64,000 nt of DNA from Narcine bancroftii (GCF_036971445.1 NC_091480.1:3906001-3970000); one strand, 5' to 3'. Positions 12,506 to 25,321 are shown, counted from the stretch's first letter. The notes: a model not told the origin generated them from the letters alone. Translations and numbers: made by a program.

Positions 12506-15414
12506 GTAACATTTGTTGAAATGTGCCCAGTGAACAACAATGGAGCCTGTCTGTCTGTTCGCACCTCAGGGTAAATAAAACTAGTTTTCTGATGTGTTTA
12601 CCTTTGACAAAATCACACAGCAGAATGGAGTGCAGTCTCTAAATTGGATATTGATGTTGTCCCATGACAGAGACCTCTCCCACCCTTCCAACTCTATCAC
12701 CTGTTATTGGACTCTGAAACATCCCACCTCCCTAGTTCATTGGCTACTTGGAAACAATATTAGATAAATAAACGATTTTATTTTCCTTTGGGAATCATTC
12801 ATTATGTTGTTGTTTTTACACTAGGCTTTTCAGTCACAGAGACTGAACTTGCAGCTTCTGGCTGCTATTCGACCAGAGAGAACTTCACTGTGGACTAAAC
12901 TCCAAGGACCTACCCCCTCCATTTTATACAATCTTTCACCCTTCCCCTCCTAAACCAAATCACAGTGTAAAATTACAACTCCTTGCATAGTTAAAAGTAA
13001 ATACATTGCTCAGCTGGTTCCATGAGACTGATTGACACAGACGCATGTTCCAGTTATCCCTGCAGACAATGTGGCTTCCAGCAGTGTCAGGTCAGTGCGA
13101 CGGTGGATTCATCACCATTCTCTTGGACTTCGCAATGGAGAGTATCAAACAGAACCCGACTGTTCGAGGGAGAACAAGGATCTAGAGGTGAGGGAGTTGC
13201 AACATTGGGAATGCTTTTCATTTCATACTTGTCTCATGAGACAAGATGCTAAATAGGCCAAGCCAGAGTGGATTTGAAAGGGAACTCGAGACTGAGTGCT
13301 TCTCAAGTTGTACTCTGCATGGCAGCTCAAAATGAGTCAATGGGTGTGGATTTACATAACACTTTCAAAGAGGTGTGTGACCCACAAGAGGTTTTGAATT
13401 GGTGGATCATAGATTGAGGATTAGCTGATGATCAGTTAGTGGGCTGTCACTGAGAGGTTATTACTCCCTTGGAGAGGCTCAGGCCTCACCATTTTACCTT
13501 CTATAATTAATGCTTCAGCGAAGGGGGTAATGAATCCATCTGAGCTCAGTGATAATTCATAATGTGGTGGGTGTGTGAATTGTGAGGATACAAAGTGATG
13601 TTGACAGGTTTCACTGGTAGGCAGGATATTACCAAAAAATTCTCTCAAAGGCAAGGGATCAGAAATTGTTGGTGTTGAGGGGGAGACATAGGAGACTGCA
13701 GGTGATGAATCTCAAGGAACAAACTCAACAGGTTGACGAATATCTGTGGGAGAAAAAAATTGGTTGATATTTAGGCTGGATGAAGAGTTTCATCCCAAAG
13801 TCAACTGTTCTTTCTCCCACTGATGCTGTTCGACCCACTGAGTTTCTCCAACAATGTTTTCAGGGTGACTTGGGTGTCCGCATTAATTAATGTGGAAGTA
13901 CAGCACCGGCCTGGAAAATCAGGGTCCGTTATTCTGGAAAACCAGGACGGAGTACATTGGGGTAGGAGTAGGCTCTAACATTTGGTTGCGAAAGGGTCTC
14001 CTCTGCAGTGGTTATTTCATTCCATGCAGACAGACTCCAGTTCAGCTCTTTTGGCTTTTAGCTTGAATCATGTGGCCCTGGGCAGCATGGTAAAATGTCA
14101 GAACCCTGGGCTCCAGCAGGAGGCCTGAGAATGGCCCTGCAGAGCTCGGTGCAGTCAGACCACAATTGGAGGGAGGGCTGAAGCAGGTGAGGTGGCATTC
14201 TGGCAAGTTTCCGGTAGCAAAGAACAAGGTACAGAATTAAACTGTGGCATTAAGAGTCAGCCACAACCAGCTCGGAAGTCGGAAAGGAATAGAAGTGGAG
14301 CAAGGGCCCCAGATGTCAGCAGCCTTGCAGCAGTCAGTCACCAATGCCAGTGACCCTGGCAACCCTCCCTTCTTGTAGGGTCGTGTACACGACCGGAAGG
14401 TGGCCATGTGCCAGGTAGCTCAAGTCTTCTGTAGTTTGCCCAGGACCTGCCGGGCTCAGGTGGGTATTAAGGCAGCGGTGATTGTAGTGAATTCTCTGAG
14501 GAACCATTGAACAGGGATCAGCCACTAGGCCCAATTCACCATAATTTCCTGACTGCCACAGGTTCAGGGGGCTATCGAGAAAGGATTGAACAAGCTGTTT
14601 ACAGCTGCAGAGGGGAGAGGGGGGTGATCCCTGGGAACTCAGGCCCTGAGGGTGAATATTTCACACACTCCATTCCCATTCCATGTAACAGAGGGCTCAT
14701 CTTCCCTGGATGCCTCCACAAAGGGCAGGACGAGGGGATCTGAACTGGAACGAATTCCTCAACTGCTGCCCCTCGTAAAGGTGAAGGCAGGCACAGCAGG
14801 ACTGGGGAGATGGGGATACACCCACCACCCCCCCCCCCCCCCACCGTGCCAGGAGTGAGGAGATCAGGGGAGACTCCCCCCACCCTGTGCTGGGAGCAGG
14901 GATAGTAGGCCAGGGCAGGGGACAGAATGGGGTAAAACCACAACAGGGAACATTTACACCTCAAGATTTTCCCATTTGTACATCAGCCAGGAAGGTTTTC
15001 GACAGGGCATGACGAGGCAACAGGATCGGAGGAATACCACTTCAGTTGCAGCTTCGGCTGAGCCCTCACAGAGAGGAAGATGCTGGTTTGATTGGGGCTC
15101 CTGCTCGTGACTGGTTGCCCTGGGGCTTGTCTCTGTTTCAGGAGCCACAGGTGGGAATGGCTCTATAAAACACCAATCCAGAGGGGAAAGAGGAAGGTCT
15201 TCGGAAGTCTTGTGAAGATTACCCTGATCAAAACTCACTGCTTTATTGGACCACCCAATTCAAGCAGAAGTTGAAGGTCAAATTCAATGCCCAGCGTCTC
15301 AGTTTATTTGGGCTTGATGGAAACATTCATGTCGTGTCATTCGCTGTGAAGGATAGAGAGATCTGAAGAAATGCAAGTGTTGCTGACTGTCATATACCAC
15401 ATTCTCAGCTGGCT

Positions 15415-15485
15415 TTAGGATGAGTTCTGAATGTTGGCAAGGAACTGCTTGGCCCACCACTCCTCCAGGTCGATTGGGACAAAGC
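15415..15485 (-). CDS. MCRIP2: MAPK-regulated corepressor-interacting protein 2 (FAM195A), exon 5
   Basis: ttggttcacag|GC TTT GTC... encodes FVPIDLEEWWAKQFLANIQNSS-TAA (CtBP-binding-type PIDL motif). Minus-strand AATAAA at 15242-15247. Confidence 0.93.
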
Positions 15486-15864
15486 CTGTGAACCAAAAGT
15501 CAGAAATGTATCAGCCATGCAGCTATGGAACCAGCCAGGGTTTCAGGAGGCTTTGCACACTTGTACTTTCAGATCCTTTCAGGGGGTCCCTGTCAAACAA
15601 CCACTGCCTCAGGAGTAAAGGGAAGCCTTCCCTCTACTGTCACAGGCTCGAGAGCAAAACCAAATACAGAGAATACCCCCCCCACCACCCCACATAGAAG
15701 CATATACAGAGTAGATCCCTCCCCATCCCACACCCCAGATAGGGGTAGGTACAAAGTAAACCACCCTCTCTGTCCCATCACATACTCAGGCAGGGGCCGA
15801 TGCAGAGTAAACCTCTCCTCTGTCCCATCACACAACCCAAATTTAAGTTTCTGGGACTCACTCG

Positions 15865-16330
15865 CTCGGAGGATCGTTGCTGGGCCGAAACACACTAATG
15901 GCATCGAGAAGAAAGCACATCAGTGCCTCTACTTCCTCAGGAGTTTGCGGAGGTTTGGTATGACACAGAAACCCTGGCAAATTTCTACAGATGTGTGGTG
16001 GAAAGCATGTTGACTGGCTGCATCAAGGTCTGGTCTGGTAACACCAATACCCCTGAGGGTAAAGCCTTGCAAAAGGTAGTGGACACCCTGGAACATCACA
16101 GGCAAAACCTTCCCCACCATCAAGATCAACTACAGGGAACACTGCTGTCAGAGAGCAGCACCAATCATCAAGGATCCACACCACCCAGTACATGCTCTGT
16201 CCTCGCTGCTCCCACCAGGAATGAGGACTAGTTTCCACAAGACTCACACCAACAGGTTCAGGAACAGCTGCTACCCCTCCACCATCAGACTCCTCAACTA
16301 CAAACTCAATCAGGGACTATTTAAGGACGT
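15865..16330 (+). mobile_element. Rex1/Babar-type LINE 3' fragment
   Basis: KKAHQCLYFLRSLRRFG, FYRCVVESMLTGCIKVW, TNRFRNSCYPSTIRLLN. Similar to 49450-49860. Confidence 0.82.
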
Positions 16331-16622
16331 ACTTTTGCATTTTGTTTTTTTCCTCTTTGTAGTGCACAGAGGGACAAAAGGCAGAAAATCACCTGGTTAT
16401 ATTTCTTCTTTGCAGGTGTATCTTTTCTTGACTACAGTTTTTTTTTTCCATGACCAACTCTAATTATGCCTGAGTTGTATGTGATGTCATGTGTGTACAC
16501 TGGCAATAAATCTGAATCTATTCTCCCAAATTCCTTTTATACCTGGACACTTGGAAATTGAGGAGAGGTTACCTCCAGCCCCATATGAGGTGCAAGTAGA
16601 ATGTAACCCCCATGACACTTGC

Positions 16623-16733
16623 CATTCAAGTTGTGGCATGGAGACTTCTCCACGTACTCCACTGTTCCACAAGTACTCTGCTCATTCTCTGGTCGACTGC
16701 TGGCTCCGAGCTCATCCTCCACCTGCTGCCAGG
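16623..16733 (-). CDS. MCRIP2: MCRIP2 exon 4
   Basis: ctttctctccag|CC TGG CAG CAG... encodes WQQVEDELGASSRPENEQSTCGTVEYVEKSPCHNLN. 111 nt, phase 1-1, donor G|GCAAGT (GC-AG). Confidence 0.88.
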
Positions 16734-17124
16734 CTGGAGAGAAAGAGAGTATTTGGTCACAGAGAGGTGGAATCAGGCAGGAGGCAGAGATAAAAACACA
16801 ATGCTGGAGAAATTCACCAGGTCAAACAGTGTAGTTTATACAGCAAAGATAAAGGTACATAACCAATGTTTTGGGCTTGGGCCCTTCATCATTTGAGCAC
16901 AATGTAGGCAGGGGGAGGGCCAAGATGAGAAGGAGGGGACAGGAGTGCGGGCTAGGGAGGGGGAGCCAATGGAGGGGACGAGCAAGAGAATAGCAGTGTT
17001 GAGCAGGGAGAGGCGTCACTGGTGGAGGGCAGCAGTGTAACGGAATGGCAGAGTTCAGGGGGAGTGAAGATCCCCCTCACCCATGTGGATAAGACTACCC
17101 TGTTTCTGCATCAGTATTCCTTAC

Positions 17125-17300
17125 TTTCATAAACAAAGCGAACATTCTCTTCGTGAGCCGGAGTATGTTCCTCCTCTCGAGTCTCGGTGATTCCTGGTGT
17201 TGGGTCACGTTTCCCATTCACCCGATTAAAGACCAACTTTGGCCCGGGACTGTTGGAAAGAGGAAGACAGGTTGTAGCATCAGGGAGAGACTTAGATGAT
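17125..17300 (-). CDS. MCRIP2: MCRIP2 exon 3
   Basis: Encodes ...PLSNSPGPKLVFNRVNGKRD...AHEENVRFVYE, donor A|GTAAG. Two in-frame acceptors are possible (exon start 17300 or 17249). Confidence 0.88.
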
Positions 17301-19335
17301 CTGTGGGAGAGGAGGGCCCAGAGGGTCAGAGCCTGCACCAGCCTTCTCTGTCAGTGACCAGGGAGGGTGCTGAATGCTTCCCAGGGAGAGGAGGTGAGGA
17401 ACAGGCCTGGTCCAACTACTGGCACCAGGAAGCAGATGAGAATCCTCCACCTGGAGCATTAACTCTCTTTCTATACCTGCAGATGCTGCACAGGCCACTG
17501 AAGGCTCCAGGAATTCACAGGACTGTCCAGCCAAGGGAAAGGGTTGGTAAGTGAGCAACTATGAGAAGGAAGTTACATAAAGGTAACAGCACATGCATTG
17601 ACCTCTGACAAGACAGGAAGCCTCTCCCTCACATTCACACCTTGTAATCCATCAGCAGCCAGGCATCATCTTGGTTTCTAAATCAAATTCTGAGCTGTCA
17701 TTGATCAGACTGGGATTAAAGAGGTCCTCTTGAGGGAAGGCCAGGAACCCATTGAGGCCAGTAGCTGAAACTGCCAGCAGGCAACCCATTCTCGTCTGAG
17801 TGTGGTACATCCCACCCTGCCTGGCAGACCCCTGCCTGGCAGACCCCTGCCAAATCTCCCCTCAAATTGCTGGGCCCAGCTCACAGGTCTGGAACTGCAG
17901 AGATGCCTCATTTGGAACTAGACGATGCTTCCTGCCTTGAGCATGTTTGTCAGGCTGGCAGCTGCATTATCACCATTGTCGTTGCTGGCTTCTTTCCTTC
18001 CGATTTATTTCATTTAATTAATATTTGATCAATAGTCCAGGCCTCCAGACCCCTAATCCCTTAACTGACCAAGTTCTCTCATACACGTCTGGGGCCTGAA
18101 GATCATTTTCCGTTTCATGAAAATGGAGGTGCTGCCACTGGAGAGGACCTGGGAGAGTGAGGAGCAGAGGCGAGGCACTGCAGTCACACTGCCCGATCAT
18201 CCTGCTGACATCCAGGCTTTAACGGCCTGTTAGAGGCAGATGGGTTGGTTTTTTAAATCCTGCAATCACAGAGCTTTGTGCCCCAGGGGAACACTCCCTG
18301 GAGAAGAAGTCTGAGAGACTTCCCTACAGGGAAGGTGACCACGGCAGCAGGTCAGCAAAGGGCTCAGCTGCTGAAAGAGCCACATAGGCTGCTAGAGACT
18401 GGCTCATAGGAACCAGGTTTTGGACCCAGGATTCGAGAAGGTGCTGAGGGCAAGAAGGGCCTCAGGCATTGAAGGCCCCCTGATCCTATCAGAGGATTGG
18501 ATCTGGAGCTCGGGTTGCCAGCAGTTTGTGAGACTGCAGTGGCCGCAGAGGTAAATCCACGGACACTTAGGGTCTCTTCTCTTTCTCCTGTTGTTCGGGG
18601 TGCCAGGCAACGCTAGTTTGTATGTTCCTGTCAGGATTAAAGGCGAGGTTTGCAGGCACAGGGAACCTTGGTTTAAGAGGGATTTTGGGGATCTGGTTTG
18701 GAAGAAGAGAGAAATCTAAAAGGAGCAAATGAGGAACTTGAGTATAAAAACCTTAAGAAACAAATCAGGAAGGCAAAAAAAGAGACAGGTTTGGTCGAGA
18801 ATGTGAAGGAAAATCCTCAGGATCTCTATGTCTATTAAGTGCAAAAGGATAATAAGGGACAAAATTGGTCCAAGGCAGGTTGAGCCAAGGGTTTAGGTCA
18901 AGAGACCAAAGCAAACATTTGGTCTCCTTCCACTCTGCACTGGGAGCATCGCAAGGCGCACGAAGGTTGGGGAGTTTCATCGGGAACAGGAATGCAACAT
19001 TAATATTGACAAGGGGAACTGTCAACACGTGTGACGTGAAGGACACAAAGTGCACCTTCTCCGGAGGACAGCCGACGGTCAAGGGCAGCGCCTGCCCGTG
19101 GATCTGGCCCGATGTCCCGGCCACTCCCCGGCTCGATCGCACGGGAGATGTTGCAACCTCTCGCTCCCCGGCAACACATGGCGGGGCAGAGCTTGAAGGT
19201 CACATTGCAGCCGTGCTCTCCCCGTTCCGCGGCCGGTCCCAGCGCCCGCACCCAGCGGACGGTTCCCGCTCCGCTGACGGCCGGCCGGGCCAGCCCAGCC
19301 CAGCCCGTGTCACCTTCAATGTTCCCGGGACTTAC

Positions 19336-19396
19336 CTCCCGGCCGGCTTCTGCTTCAGGTCGCAGCCGGCCTTGGCTTCGATCTGCTGGGATGGAC
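19336..19396 (-). CDS. MCRIP2: MCRIP2 exon 2
   Basis: ctctctccccag|GT CCA TCC CAG CAG ATC GAA...GGG AG|GTAAGT. Encodes PSQQIEAKAGCDLKQKPAG. Confidence 0.88.
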
Positions 19397-19497
19397 CTGG
19401 GGAGAGAGAGAGAGAGTGGGTGAGAAGAGCCCGGCCTCGGGTCCCCCGTCCCCCCGCCTCCGAGTTCCCCCGGCCCCGGCCCCGGCCCCGCGCCCAC

Positions 19498-19549
19498 CTG
19501 TCCTCCGCTGTGTGGCCAACCGGCTGGGGCCGCGGGTGATCGTGTACAT
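19498..19549 (-). CDS. MCRIP2: MCRIP2 exon 1 (start)
   Basis: ATG TAC ACG ATC ACC... = MYTITRGPSRLATQRRT(G), matching the MCRIP2 N-terminus MYTITKGPSKLV.QRRTG. Lies in a CpG island. Confidence 0.93.
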
Positions 19550-20321
19550 GATCCGCTCGCCGCTCACACCGCAGCGCGCTCCCAGCCGGCAGGGACCGCC
19601 CCCCGGGACCGCGCCTCCTCCTCTCCACCCCCGGGATCGCGCCTCTTCCTCTCCACTCCCGGGACCGCGCCTCCTCCCTCCTCCCCGGGACCACTCCTCC
19701 TCTCCCCGTGCCCCCACCTCCCTCCTCTCCCATTATCACCTCTCCCCTACTCCCTTCCCATCTCCCCTCACCCCACCTCGCTTCTCTCCCCTAGCCCTTT
19801 CCCATCTCCCTTCACCCCACCTCGCTTCTCTCCCCTAGCCCCTTCCCATCTCCCCTTACCCCCACCTCGCTCCTCTCCCCTACCCCCTTCCCATCCTTTA
19901 CCCCCACCTTGCTCCTCAACCCTACCCCCTACCCATCTCCCCTCCTCCTCTCCCCATGCCCCTACCTCTCCCTGTACTCTCTCCCACTGTACCCCCTCCA
20001 CCTCTGCCCTTACCTCCCACCTCCCTCCTCTCCGTGACCCCCTCCTACTTCCCTCCTCTCCCCGTACCCCTCCCCATGATCCTCCCCTTAACTTCATACC
20101 TCTCATTGGCCCTCCTTTCTTCACCTCTCTCTTCCCTGGACCTCCCCTTGTTTTCTCAGTGGACATCTTCACACCCTTCCTTTCACAAGATCTTCACACC
20201 CTTCCTTTCACAAGATCTTCACACCCTTCCTTTCACAAGACCTCCTTGTTCTGCTCTGGTCCTCCTCTCTACTCTTACCCCAGGCCAACACTCCACCTGA
20301 CGTGACCTAATGCAAAGACTC

Positions 20322-21600
20322 TTCCCCCCCCCCCTACCTTTATTTGACAGCGTGTTGATCAGTCAGCAGGGTGAATCTCTTACCAGTCAGGTAATGGTGC
20401 CAGTGCCGCACTGCTTCGACAATGGCTTGGGCCTCTTTTTCAACTGAGGAGTGTCAAATCTTGGGGCCCTGCATGGTGCGTTTATAAAAAAAAAGTGATG
20501 GGATTGTTTATCGCTTTCCACCTGAAAAGGTTAGGGTTAGGGTGAACTGTGGCAATATTGGACTTGATACAGTTGAAGACTGCACAAGCCTTCTCTGCCA
20601 GGGGAAAGGACGTAGATTTGATAAGTAGCGATGGGTTTGCAGTTGGGGGTGAGATTGGTGAATAGCCACAGAGGGGGGCCTTGAAGTGTGGAGAACGGTG
20701 AGGGATGAATGGGGCCCATCAAATGCCATCTTAATGCTTTTAAGGTGACATTGAAAATCCAACCCCAACACTACAGCAGCGCAGAGCTGCGACATGACCA
20801 TCAGTCTAAAGTTGTCATACACAGTACCCCGCATCGTTAAAGTCACAATACAAAAACCCTCAATGTCCACTGTAAATGACTTGGATGCCAAGTTCACTGG
20901 CAGTACTATGAGGGAGAGGCTCTGCACTCTGTCTGGATGTATAAAACAATCTATGCTCCCGCTATTGAACAAGCAACTTGTCACGTGACCCTTTACCTTA
21001 ATGTTCATCATTGACCTGGCGAGTTGGCATGGGCTGTCCTGGTTGAGGGTGATGGAGGCTAGATTCGGGTCGTTGCACATTGCCGCAGTAGAAGATGGTG
21101 GTGTCCAAGATGGCGGCCCTCAGGCGGTGTTGCCAGATCTGCAAGATCGCGACCTCTGCGGCCTGCACATGGTGCAGCTAGGTCCTGAAGATGGCATTCA
21201 AGATGGCGGCCCCCACGGATCAGACATGGTGCTGCTGGCCCCGGGTGATGGTGGTGTTGCAGAAGATGGCCTTCTCAATTCACACATGGCGCTGATAGGA
21301 CTTACACACTTTGATGTAGTGACCCTTCTTTCCAAAGCTGGAGCAGATTGAATCCTTTGCTGGGCAGCTTTTCCTCTAATGCCTGCCCAGGCCACAGAAG
21401 TAGCACATCAGGGGTTTCCAAAACACTGAAGCTGTGGGTGAGTTGTTACTGGTCAAGAGTGTCGGGAGGCTTTCACAGAGCACTGCTGCTGTTGTTTGAT
21501 TGTTAGTGGAGTTTGGGGGGATGGTGTGGGGTGTGGCGCACTTGGGTGACCACGAGGTGGTCGCGTTGTAGGTTGAGTAGGCCTCCATGTTCTTGGAGAG
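20322..21600 (-). mobile_element. Internally deleted Gypsy LTR-retrotransposon relic
   Basis: Zinc-knuckle CYFCGLGRH...C (21300-21405), protease-like CLFNSGSIDCFI and LGLDF, RNase H SSVEKEAQAIVEAVRHWHHYLTGKRFTLLTDQ (about 20355-20452), purine tract near 20322-20335. Confidence 0.8.
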
Positions 21601-22839
21601 GCCCTAACTAGCATCATCCAGGGAGATGACAAGGTGGCGGAGGAGAGGTGGGGGGAAGCTTGGTGTGGAGCACAGGCAGTGACATTATAAATGAGAGGAA
21701 AATTGAAACTAACAAAACTTGGAGCCTCTTGTAAAATATGAAAATATAATCACTCGCACAATGTCAACAAAGGTACACTTTTGGACAGGCTGCCTGAAGT
21801 ACATGCAACAACTGAAACTGGGGAAAGGGGTGGAATGGATGCAAATAAGGTGCCTCAGTTATAAAACTCTGAAATTGGTCTCTTCAAATTCAAGTCCAAA
21901 CTTAGGTGCCAGTTTGTTGAACAGATGCACCCCTGTTCACTGAGAGCACAAATCCTTTTGCCCTACCCTGTGCCCTATTCTTTCACAAGAAGTGTTATTC
22001 AAATTTTGCAAGGCTTTCAGTTTTATCTCAGATCCCTCCTCTGTGCCAGTCATTCTGTAAGAACATGCAGTGTCTGCAAGACTCTGGGACTTACAGCCTT
22101 GCTATCTGTCGAACCATTCTTCCTTATCAAGGAGTGGTTTACATTTTTAACTGAAGTAAGCAAAGGGACATATTTAAGCACCTTAAAAGCACCTTTCACA
22201 TCATCACTCTAACTGCTTCAATGTCAATGAGTTTGTCATACAAATGCAACATTTGTGTGGGGAGATACAGCAGCCAATTTGAAACAAAGACTGAGTCATT
22301 GGTCAATGCAACCATAGGGAAATGGAAGAATATTTATTTCAAAGAATTGTTTTCTCTTCACTTTTCCAATATCCCAGCTGCCTTCCACAACTCACGGATC
22401 TAGGGGGAATAATTCAGTATCTTGTGATTTCAAAGCTGGAAATCTGTAGAGGAGCCCACCGTTCTGGGAAGTTGGAGCATTTACGTGAATATCCCATATT
22501 TACATGTGAGGCGCTGCCTCAAGAAGGCAGCCAATGTCATGAAGGACCCCATCAACCTGGTTACAATCTCTTCTCACTGCTCCCTTCAGGCAGAAGGTGT
22601 GGAAATCTGAAGACCAACACATTTAGATTCAAAATATTTTTTCCCCCCATACAACCTATAGGATTCTTGTTACTCTAACCAACACCACAAATAGACTGCA
22701 CGAGTGGAAAGCCACATTTTATATCTTTTGCACTATGGTAACTGAATATTTATTAATTTTCTACATTTTATGCTTATTATATATTACATTTTAAATTCAT
22801 TATACACTTGTATTTTTCATGAAGTGCAGAGGAGATTTA

Positions 22840-23270
22840 CAAGAATCCTTATGCCTTATGAGGGTAGATTGAGCAAACTTAGAATGATGGAGGATGAGGG
22901 GCGACCTGAGAAGAGGTGTATGGGATGATGAGAGGCAATGATTGTGTGGATAGCCAGAGATTTTATTCTCAGTGCTGAAACGGCAAACACGAGGGGGCAC
23001 AGTTTTAAGGTGCTTTGGAGTAAGTACAGGGGGGATGTAAGAGTTAAGTTTTCACACAGAGAGCGGTGGGTGCATGGAATAGGCTGCTGGCAACAGTGGT
23101 GGAGGCAGGTTCAATAGGACCTTTTTAGATACTGTTAGTTGGAACTGAGAAAAATGGAGGGTTATGCAGTAGGGAAATAGTAGGTGGTTGTTAAAATGGG
23201 TTATCTGATCGGCACAACATTGTGGGCCAAAGGGCCTGTACTGTGCTTTAGATTTCTATGTTCTTTGTTT
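22840..23270 (+). mobile_element. CR1 3' fragment
   Basis: Typical CR1 3' end (cacagagagcggtgggtgcatggaa...gggccaaagggcctgtactgtgc). Confidence 0.7.
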
Positions 23271-23624
23271 CTGTTTGGCTGCAGCAAGTGAGAACTTTGG
23301 TGCATATGTACTTTGTACAATGTATTTGACAAACTTATTATCATTGATCTGAACGTTAGGATGTGTGAAAGGGGGTAGAGGTATGGGACTCTATGTTTGA
23401 ATGTAGAACAGTACTACACAGAACAGATCCTTTGGGCCATGATGTGCCAAAATATGTAAACCTACTCCACAATCAATCTTCCCTTCTTCACAGCTCAAAA
23501 GTCTCCAATCTTCTTACATCTAGGTTCCTCTCTAAGTCTTTTAAATGTCGCTGTTGTACCTGTCTTCACCAACAATGGTGGTAGAGGCAGATACAATAGG
23601 ATCTTTTAACAGATTATTAGATAG

Positions 23625-24015
23625 TTCACCATCCCACCTCCCTCCCCTCATTGACGTGATCTACTGGGATTGTTGTTTGAAGAGGGTGATCAAAATCATT
23701 GAGGATCATTACCACTCCACACACAGTATCTTTCAGCTGCTCCCATCGGGGAAGAGATACCGGAGGATCAGAGCCAGCTCCACCAGGCTGAGGAACAGTT
23801 TCTTCCCATGGGCAGTGAGAATGCTGAACGGCTGAATGAACTGCTCACAATAACCATCCGAGACTCTATTTATTAAACTATATTTATTTATTTCTATATA
23901 TGTATATACCTACTGCATAGGTATCATTTCTCTCTATGTGTGCTGTCTTGCACCGAGGCCCAGATAACGCTGTTTCATCACGTCGTACTTGTACAATTGG
24001 ATGACAATAAACTGG
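23625..24015 (+). mobile_element. Rex1/Babar-like LINE 3' end
   Basis: HSIFQLLPSGKRYRRIRASSTRLRNSFFPWAVRMLN followed by an AT-rich 3' UTR and ACAATAAA. Confidence 0.72.
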
Positions 24016-25048
24016 AACTATCACCCCAGCATACACTCCAGCTCCCACCACTGTGTTAAAAATTTACCTCAGGCATCTCCCCAAAATGTTTCTCCACTCA
24101 CCTCAAACAGATGGAGTGGAAGTTTTTTATGTGAACTGCTCAGTTTTTCCACCATTGTGTTTCTACCTTAAACAGGCATCCTGTGCTATTGTCTTTTGCT
24201 GCCCTGGGAAAACGGTGCTGCACTAGCATCACTAGGGGAGTGTGGGGGTGTGGACTGCACCAGGTGACCCCAAAATGACTGTCTATAAAATGTTTGTGCA
24301 GAGTTTCAGCAGAAATGTATTTTCTTTTATAAAAGTATCCCTGTAGTTAATTCTAACAACAAAAGCATTGTTTGTAAGCCCATCTTACATGTATCAATAG
24401 ACCTACAAGTCAAAAACTCGATGCTCATTTACTTTTTGAGCCTTCTAATGCGCTCTGGTCAGAGCCGTCATTATTACCCAATTACAATGACACAATCACA
24501 AGGACTGTTGTTTTCATTGCTGCTGTGTGTATGATATTGCAACTTTAAGGTGTAATTTACTCCTCTTTCCATTATATTCAGTGATATACAGGAATTGCCA
24601 TTTATGAGTAACATTAGTCCAAAATAATTACTAAGGATTCTGGATGGTCTGGTACAGGAGGAGGTCCATGGGAGTGGGGGGTGGGGGAAACACCATGAGT
24701 TACCACACTGGGTGACACCACTCCGCTGGCTGTCCACCCTGTCTATGGGTCGCTATTAAGTTGCCTCTCATCCTCTGTGGCCAACCCCACGTGTTCTGGG
24801 TGCAGGATGATGTGTTACATACCTCCACTGAAGGCAGCCTTGTCAGCAGGAAATGCAGACAAAAGGCCAAGGGTAGAATCCCGAGGAAGTCAATGGAGCA
24901 GAACAAGGTGTGCACGTCCGTGAAGCAGACCTTGGCCGGGGGGGGGGGGGGGGTAGGCAGTGCCCGGCTTGGATTCCATGCTGATGCCCAACTAGGCCTT
25001 CAGGAAAACTTCCACACCTGCTCTACGTACTCTGGACGCGACTGGAGG

Positions 25049-25321
25049 CCAATCTGATGCATTGAAGGAGGACAGAGGAAGGGGCTTCTCTTGTTCAAGG
25101 CAATCAATGACGTCAATGGCCGGTGGTGACGTCACAAACCGTAATCCTGCTTTCTCCAATCAGAGTGGACACCATATTACACACGTGACTGCAGCCACTG
25201 GGAGAATGTGATTGGTAGTCTGGGACGTGCGTCATTCCATTCATGAAAACACTCGGGATGGATGAGTCGCCTGCCCACAATGCCTTGCGAAGAGAGCAGT
25301 CTCTCCTGTCTCCATGGAAAT
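25049..25321 (+). promoter_or_regulatory. CLUAP1 proximal promoter: CCAAT boxes, two CREs, E-box, RFX X-box
   Basis: CCAAT 25049 and 25156, ATTGG 25211, TGACGTCA 25108-25115 and 25127-25134, CACGTG 25182-25187. X-box GTCTCCATGGAAAT at 25308-25321 (reverse ATTTCCATGGAGAC fits RTHNYY-WT-RRNRAC), about 75 bp before the ATG of a ciliary gene. Confidence 0.7.

Larger units (their letters stand above)
19060..19700. promoter_or_regulatory. CpG island / MCRIP2 promoter region
   Basis: Sharp rise in GC and CpG density over MCRIP2 exons 1-2, followed by a C-rich tract to about 20160. Confidence 0.75.

Noticed and set aside
13066-13187. Exon-like block (cag|...GAG|GTGAG) encoding DNVASSSVRSVRRWIHHH...
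   Set aside because: No recognisable homology, lies after the C8orf33 stop and poly(A) signal, and has no phase-consistent partner exons.
18865-20300. Several long GC-rich ORFs
   Set aside because: Stop-poor CpG island and C-rich tract; only the two short MCRIP2 exons are supported.
24222-24725. Possible hAT-like DNA transposon
   Set aside because: Only a partial terminal motif is recognisable; matching TIRs and a TSD could not be shown.
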